Below are positions 24,901-29,655 of a stretch of 29,655 bases of DNA, piece by piece. Every line of letters begins with the position of its first letter. Position 1 is the stretch's first letter. This DNA comes from a virus (Duplodnaviria > Caudoviricetes). Below the pieces are notes generated by a model. It was given only the letters and a program-made list of their open reading frames with translations. It was not told where the DNA came from and searched no databases. The translations under genes and the position numbers were made by a program. The DNA lies in IMG/VR virus record IMGVR_UViG_3300028405_000014, positions 1-29,655 of that record; one strand, given 5' to 3'.

Positions 24901-27616
24901 AGACCAAAAAACAAGAAGAGCAGGTAAAATTTTTGGGGGAAGTTTACTTTTGTCCGTTGGGGCTGGCTTTCTTGCCGATAAAGTAGAAAATGAATCTGTT
25001 AGCGGTGGCTTGAGTGGTTTCGCCGCTGGAGCTTCCTTCGGTTCTCTTTTGGGCCCAATCGGGACAGTGGTTGGCGGGGCTATCGGGGCTCTTGCTGGGT
25101 CTGGGGTCGCTGGGGGAGCTATAGATGTTATTTCAGATGGCTTTTTTGGAACAACAAAAGGGGAAGATAAAAAATCAGATGAAGAACTAGACCAATTCAA
25201 TCAAAAAGCTTCTGAAGAATTAAAAACAAGAGAACAAGATTTTAATGCAAGTAGGGAATATTTAAAAACTATTGAACAATATAATAGGGCAATCGAAAAT
25301 GGTGATGCTGGGAAAGCTAAAAAATTAATGAATGAAGCCAACTCATTTTTGAGTACAATTTCGAATGAAAAGCTTGTTGATGGTTTAAAAAAATCTGGTA
25401 AAAATTTAGAAGATCTATCAGAAAGCATTAGTTCTTTTCAAAAAGTAAGCCAAAAAAAATCTATTTCATTGGATTTAGTGAATCAAATAAATGGTTTCAA
25501 CGAAGGAGATACAACTGGTTCAAAATCTGGAATAGATGCTTTCATTAAAAGCATAAATGGATCTCTTTCGACTCTTACGGCTGGTTCTAATTTAGACGCT
25601 CTAAAAGATTCTATAGATAGATCATTTGACTCAGAAAATGTAATTGATTCTTTGTCGGGTGTTTTTTATGAATTAACAGGCGGAAATTCTGAAACTACAG
25701 TGGAATTAACAAACAAAGTTAATGATATTTTCAGAAATGAAGGCCCAGAAGCCGCTGCCCGTTTAGCAAAAGAAATAGTTGAATCTATTTCTAGTAGTAT
25801 AGATGGAATAAAATTCTCTAACGAGTCTATTGAAATAGAAAGTGAGATAGCTAAAAAAATAGCTAAATTTAGAAAAAGAACAGAAGATTTCTTGGACGAT
25901 TCTTTCCGATTTTTTACAAATAAAATTAGAAGGTCTGAATTAAATGATCAAATTTCTTCATTTGGAGAAGAACAGCAAAGATCTTTTAGGGTTTCTTCAG
26001 GAAGTTTAACTTCTGAACAATCGAATATAATAAATTTAGAAAATAAAAAATCACAAGTTGGTAAAAATTTAAATTCTGATGTAAGAGATGAATTGATAAA
26101 ATTTGTTGAAGTCAAAGCAAATGAATCTGAAATAGGGGGAAGAGGTAAGATATTTGCTGAAAACATAACTAGGGGTTTGGTTGACGGGGATATTAGCGGG
26201 GTAGAAGAACTTAAAAAAGCAATCGAAGAGTCTGATTTCAATAAAGAATTCGACACAAGAGAATTGCAAGATAAAATAAATGAATTAATAATAGGAAGCG
26301 AGAAAAATTTCAAACAATATTCTATAGAAATTCAAAGGGCTTTAAAAGAGCAAACGATTCAACAAGTAAGATCTTTATCTAGTAATTCTGATGAAGAATT
26401 GAATAACTCTTTTTCTGGCCTTTTTGATTCTACAGAAAGAAAATCTGGCGTCAATGATCTGGACGCGGCAAGAAATCAATTTGAAGCCCTTAGAGATGTT
26501 GGATCAAAATATGGAGTAAGTTTGCTTGATGAAGAAGACGTTGCTACGGAAGCGAGATTAACAAAAGAAAATGGTTTAGAAGAATTATCAAATTCATTTT
26601 TTAATAGTCAATTACCAGCAGGCGGTACAGATATAGGGGAAGAACAAAGAAGGAAAGAAAAGGCTCGAAGAGAATTGCTTGTAAAAAGGGCTTCGTTAAC
26701 AGATGAGGAAGTTGATTCTGGTGTTATTATTAATGATAGTGGCGAAAGAGAAATTATTAAAAATAAATCTCGTGCTAGAGTATCAAGGAATGCGTCTAGA
26801 AGCCGATTAGCAAGAGAATCTGGTAGAGTAAATGATGATTCGTTAGTTGGTTCTTTAAAATTTTATAATAAAGTTAGAGAAGGTATTAGCGGAATAGATA
26901 CAAATATACTGCAAGCCCAACCAGAAGATGCTGCTGTAGATGATGGTGGGTTTCAAAATCAATATGGTATTGAAGAAAAAACTAGAGAGGAATTACAAAA
27001 TGATAGTTCTAAACTTGGTTCTGGGGAATTGCAAAATCAATTAGTTGAAAATTCCAAAAAATTTCAATCCGATTTGCTTGAAACAGATAACGAAGCGGAA
27101 TTATTTACAAAATTACAAGATAATTTAGCCGAATATGAAAAAATACTAGGAGAGACACTTGTTCCGACTGATTTATTTGAACAAGTACAAAAAGAGATTG
27201 GAAAAGGCAAAGATTTCAAAGAATCGGTTTCTATTGTAGAACAAAGACAAAGAAGTAATGTTTTCGACCAATTAGAAAATGTTGATCCAAATAATATAGA
27301 ATTCACAGACGCCGAAAAAGAATTACAAAGAAAAAGAAGAGGCGCTGTAGATGAAACCAAAAATGAATTAATACTAGACGAAATAGAAAATGCTTTTAAT
27401 TCTTTACCGGGAATATTGCAACAAGCATTTTTAGATTTAAATGCTATTGTGAGCATAGAAGATTTTACAATCGATGTTAATGTTCCAGATGAATTAAAAG
27501 CTGATGCTTTAGCTATCGTCATTAAAGCAGAAATAGAAAAACAAATGAACACATTTACAGATCAGAGGGGCAATAATTTACCAGACGATGGTCTTAACTC
27601 TCCACCCGCTGGATAA
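21980..27616 (+). CDS. tail tape measure protein (TP901-like core)
   Basis: 1878 aa. N-terminal AATEFSRQG...ALIL...GNVIGNSLKSIFTRL core, hydrophobic Gly-zipper segments and long helical regions. Confidence 0.92.
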   Translation: MPNDIILDTSLNLSSASVARVDAKLRGLQSRINPINLSINSRKFTEPLGRISSSVDEFNKSLDASNARVIAFGASVGIIYSIQRAFKELLVTVVDVEQRIADIQVVFNLPTQKLEEFKKGLFDVAKNTGQSFAVVSEAATEFSRQGLSAVETLKRTEQALILTRLSGLDAAKSVETVTAAINTFKNEALDATTIVNKFAAVDAAFAVSSADLAQAIQRSAAAAEGAKISFDQLLSATTAIQERTARGGNVIGNSLKSIFTRLQRSRVREVIEGLGVATTETNGSLRNGIDILRDYANIYDTLSDQTRAYTDEQIAGLFQINNLKALVSDLKNEFSSYNGALEKSISATDEAQKRNAELNKTIQSLGTILLNQIRELFSKIGESGLGDLLKTITKAAIGLFGVLSENAGLITSTLGPLILGVGSSLAINILYKTVTFIKQIVTSFSIYGKRQVQVRNVQQQINNLLAENPALYSKIIQLEGNVLAQSRLISSELEKQLLVRQRMSNLTLGIAGSVAGRRVAGGGRVGGGSNFAAGRNPLVEELIAIEAGVGGARNSAMPKIIKDFNYSKNKKGTAVVNTDEYIVKNYKGTGADAVFNRDMIRKMGFPIGAKKVNFGFGNMSNIVENMAGGFLNSNDVERIIEKEKVGQTLTKGEISKLNNSVSTNGNFYKNLPTNTRQALSRINNNYSEKFRQNLPFGPTGGENRPVKGGFNPLVSGETRRSEARGILLKRKRAKDKKDRGEQIRRSTRTKVLGNIGITRLGTRTSGDEQISRSRERLSGGGFNNFSQRSDENFKNYNVKRATGRIESNLGKFDPNSESISNILKGNISLEDESKLKADPKFLRELTGRTQSLKNTQEERSLNASSLSTVKLQRKLKQAEIDDFNESKAFGKKITNVAEIKNKENIKDLNALQEKEISLKKEGNKLLSVERRQRESLNRSIPKTQKLLSQGFIKRNVKKGAGAVSNFVTGRNLNEDQKTRRAGKIFGGSLLLSVGAGFLADKVENESVSGGLSGFAAGASFGSLLGPIGTVVGGAIGALAGSGVAGGAIDVISDGFFGTTKGEDKKSDEELDQFNQKASEELKTREQDFNASREYLKTIEQYNRAIENGDAGKAKKLMNEANSFLSTISNEKLVDGLKKSGKNLEDLSESISSFQKVSQKKSISLDLVNQINGFNEGDTTGSKSGIDAFIKSINGSLSTLTAGSNLDALKDSIDRSFDSENVIDSLSGVFYELTGGNSETTVELTNKVNDIFRNEGPEAAARLAKEIVESISSSIDGIKFSNESIEIESEIAKKIAKFRKRTEDFLDDSFRFFTNKIRRSELNDQISSFGEEQQRSFRVSSGSLTSEQSNIINLENKKSQVGKNLNSDVRDELIKFVEVKANESEIGGRGKIFAENITRGLVDGDISGVEELKKAIEESDFNKEFDTRELQDKINELIIGSEKNFKQYSIEIQRALKEQTIQQVRSLSSNSDEELNNSFSGLFDSTERKSGVNDLDAARNQFEALRDVGSKYGVSLLDEEDVATEARLTKENGLEELSNSFFNSQLPAGGTDIGEEQRRKEKARRELLVKRASLTDEEVDSGVIINDSGEREIIKNKSRARVSRNASRSRLARESGRVNDDSLVGSLKFYNKVREGISGIDTNILQAQPEDAAVDDGGFQNQYGIEEKTREELQNDSSKLGSGELQNQLVENSKKFQSDLLETDNEAELFTKLQDNLAEYEKILGETLVPTDLFEQVQKEIGKGKDFKESVSIVEQRQRSNVFDQLENVDPNNIEFTDAEKELQRKRRGAVDETKNELILDEIENAFNSLPGILQQAFLDLNAIVSIEDFTIDVNVPDELKADALAIVIKAEIEKQMNTFTDQRGNNLPDDGLNSPPAG

Positions 27617-27618
27617 TA

Positions 27619-29265
27619 ATGAACCTTATATTAAATGACGCACAACTATTAGATTACAATATAGAAAACCAGTTTTTTGATTCGGAATTTAGACTTAATC
27701 AATTAAAAACGCTTTCTATACAAGGTAATATATATGATACCACCCAAACAAGCGGGGTAAAAATAATAACTTCTGGGATAGAAGTTTTTAGGAGCGGCTT
27801 GACTGGTGATAATCAATACATATATATGAACGGTCATAATTTTGGAAGAGGTAAAATAACATCTTTTTCTTTTCCAGAGGGAATCCAAGTCCAACAAGCC
27901 CCTTACAACCTAGAAATAGAAATAAGGGATACTGGAAATCTAGAATATATAACTGGAGACTATTTTAGCGGCCTAAAAAGTATATTCGAAGAAGTGGCCA
28001 ATCCATCAACTTTTATCAAAGGTTTTTCTGAAAGTATATCTGTTTCTAGATCTTCAATAGATACTGGTGTTTCTTTGGGAAATAGAAATTTGGGCGATTT
28101 TTCTTATAACCATGATTTAGATGTTTCTTTTGATGTGGGAAGTGGCAATTTATATCCAAATGTTAATATGGCTCATAAAATTACCAAAGAAATTTTTCAA
28201 AAAAATATAGACTTTGGATTTTTAGAAACTGGGTGTTATGGTTTATTTGGCGCAAACTACAAAAGATTAAAAAACCAAAACATAGATATAATCAATGGAA
28301 CATTTTCTATATCAGAGTCTTTTTCTTCGCAAAATTTTAATCCATCAAAAAATTATGGGATTGTAGAAAGTGTTTCATTAAAAACTCAGGATAATGGGTA
28401 TTTAGATGCGGTATATAATGCGTCCATAGAATCTTTAACATCAAATTACGAAGACGATATTTCTGGCGCTTTAAGTTACACAAAAACTGGAGCTTATCAT
28501 GTTGCTTCTGGTATTTTTGAAAAATATTATTCCGGCCCAACTATAAGTGGCTTGATAAATTCAAAGATTTCCGAATCAATAAACAAAAACAAATTTGACG
28601 GAAATACAACTTACTCTGCTAATTTTACAAACAACCCATCTTTAAACAAACATTATACTTTTACATATACAACAGTTATTTCTGAAGACCAAGACCAAGT
28701 TGTTACTATTTCAGAAAATGGAAATTTTGTTGGAAAAGGCGACAATGCATTTGAATATGCGAAAAGCGGATACAACGATTTAGCTACCACTGGCAAAGCT
28801 TTTACCAGAATGACTGGTTTGTATTTTGAAGAATATGGCGTTTTGTATGATTTATTCGCAAACAGCAAAACATACGAAGAGTCTAATTTAGATAATTCAG
28901 TAAGTTATTCATACTCTTATTCTGATAAGGATATCGGCGCAAATGATGTTATACAAACAAAAAACCTTGAAATATCAATAGATTACCCTGTATTATTAAA
29001 AAATGATTTCTTGATATTAGGACAAAAATCTATATACCAAAGTGTTGGAAATATAGAAATAAAGACTTTGCCGAAAAAAAATGTTTCTCTAAATTTTACA
29101 GCAAAAAAGGATAAAACATACTCTGAAATATTAACAGAAATGCAATCACAATTAAACGCATGCAAGCCAAGCGAAACAGACGCATTCATAGAAAATTTTA
29201 CTTACGGTTACAACGAAAACAATAATAGTTTAAACGCAAATATATCTTGGAAATGGACTAATTAA
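27619..29265 (+). CDS. putative distal tail / tail-tip structural protein
   Basis: 548-aa S/T/N/Y-rich protein with repeated beta-alpha-beta units, immediately after the tape measure gene. Confidence 0.6.
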   Translation: MNLILNDAQLLDYNIENQFFDSEFRLNQLKTLSIQGNIYDTTQTSGVKIITSGIEVFRSGLTGDNQYIYMNGHNFGRGKITSFSFPEGIQVQQAPYNLEIEIRDTGNLEYITGDYFSGLKSIFEEVANPSTFIKGFSESISVSRSSIDTGVSLGNRNLGDFSYNHDLDVSFDVGSGNLYPNVNMAHKITKEIFQKNIDFGFLETGCYGLFGANYKRLKNQNIDIINGTFSISESFSSQNFNPSKNYGIVESVSLKTQDNGYLDAVYNASIESLTSNYEDDISGALSYTKTGAYHVASGIFEKYYSGPTISGLINSKISESINKNKFDGNTTYSANFTNNPSLNKHYTFTYTTVISEDQDQVVTISENGNFVGKGDNAFEYAKSGYNDLATTGKAFTRMTGLYFEEYGVLYDLFANSKTYEESNLDNSVSYSYSYSDKDIGANDVIQTKNLEISIDYPVLLKNDFLILGQKSIYQSVGNIEIKTLPKKNVSLNFTAKKDKTYSEILTEMQSQLNACKPSETDAFIENFTYGYNENNNSLNANISWKWTN

Positions 29266-29272
29266 GTGTAAA
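29266..29272 (+). promoter_or_regulatory. phage late promoter motif
   Basis: GTGTAAA 8 nt before the ATG at 29281. Confidence 0.7.
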
Positions 29273-29280
29273 AACTAGAA

Positions 29281-29655
29281 ATGTCCACAATTATAAAATA
29301 TAATGGTAAAAATCCATTCTTATTTGATTCTGAGCAATATAGCCCTTTAATATCAAGGGATACAACTATTACTCAGTTAGATCAAAGGTGGAACTCTGTT
29401 GACCGTTATGTTTTAAACGGCTCTGTACACGCTTGTGGGGGATTTTCAAAGCTGTTAGAGTATCAGAGGCAGATAATTAACGGATTCAACGCTGATTATA
29501 AAACTTTAGAAATTGATCAAGAAACAGATTTTTATAATTCAAATGATACTTTTTCTAATTGGGTGGTCCTTGGTACGGGGGCGAAGTCAATTATCCAATC
29601 TGGAATGTTGGTCGGAACAACTTTGATTGGGGACGGAGTAGAATTAAGTGGTTAT
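29281..29655 (+). CDS. tail-tip structural protein, 5' part (truncated by the window)
   Basis: Manual translation MSTIIKYNGKNPFLFDSEQYSPLISRD...; open for 125 codons to the window end; promoter motif upstream. Confidence 0.75.
   Translation, partial: MSTIIKYNGKNPFLFDSEQYSPLISRDTTITQLDQRWNSVDRYVLNGSVHACGGFSKLLEYQRQIINGFNADYKTLEIDQETDFYNSNDTFSNWVVLGTGAKSIIQSGMLVGTTLIGDGVELSGY

Noticed and set aside
5689-26685. Isolated TGTAAA hexamers inside genes (e.g. near 5690, 7050, 10818, 13429, 19263)
   Set aside because: They lack the leading G, I saw no TTTCAC 16 nt upstream, and such hexamers are expected by chance in AT-rich DNA.
4350-29189. Numerous antisense and alternate-frame ORFs in the ORF track (e.g. 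13216-13704, 24712-25200, 27064-27552)
   Set aside because: They are shadows of long plus-strand genes, with Ser/Phe/Leu-rich composition typical of antisense reading of Lys/Glu-rich genes.

Overview
AT-rich (~30% GC) segment of a large tailed bacteriophage (Caudoviricetes, probably a siphovirus with a long non-contractile tail). Bases 1-4346 are a minus-strand accessory arm. It holds a SAM methyltransferase, a BCS1-like AAA+ ATPase, a dNMP kinase, a lone Xre/MbcA/ParS-type antitoxin-like domain and several small ORFs, some behind host sigma70-like promoters. From 4396 to the end is a plus-strand block: PhoH, Zn-ribbon protein, sigma factor with a Cys-rich insert, probable TerS, C2H2-ERCC4 nuclease, TerL, portal, protease with a nested scaffold, decoration protein, major capsid, neck proteins, tail tube, two chaperones, a 1878-aa tape measure and tail-tip proteins. 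A recurring (TTTCAC-N16-)TGTAAA motif precedes these genes and is the likely promoter for the phage sigma factor. The most striking observation is at 1-350, where two attC-like hairpins with non-canonical AGAAC...GTTCT boxes flank a small, more GC-rich ORF. The cassette ends show the cross-complementarity expected of an integron-type gene cassette, suggesting a cassette array carried by a phage. All product calls come from motifs read by eye and from gene order; no database search was run.
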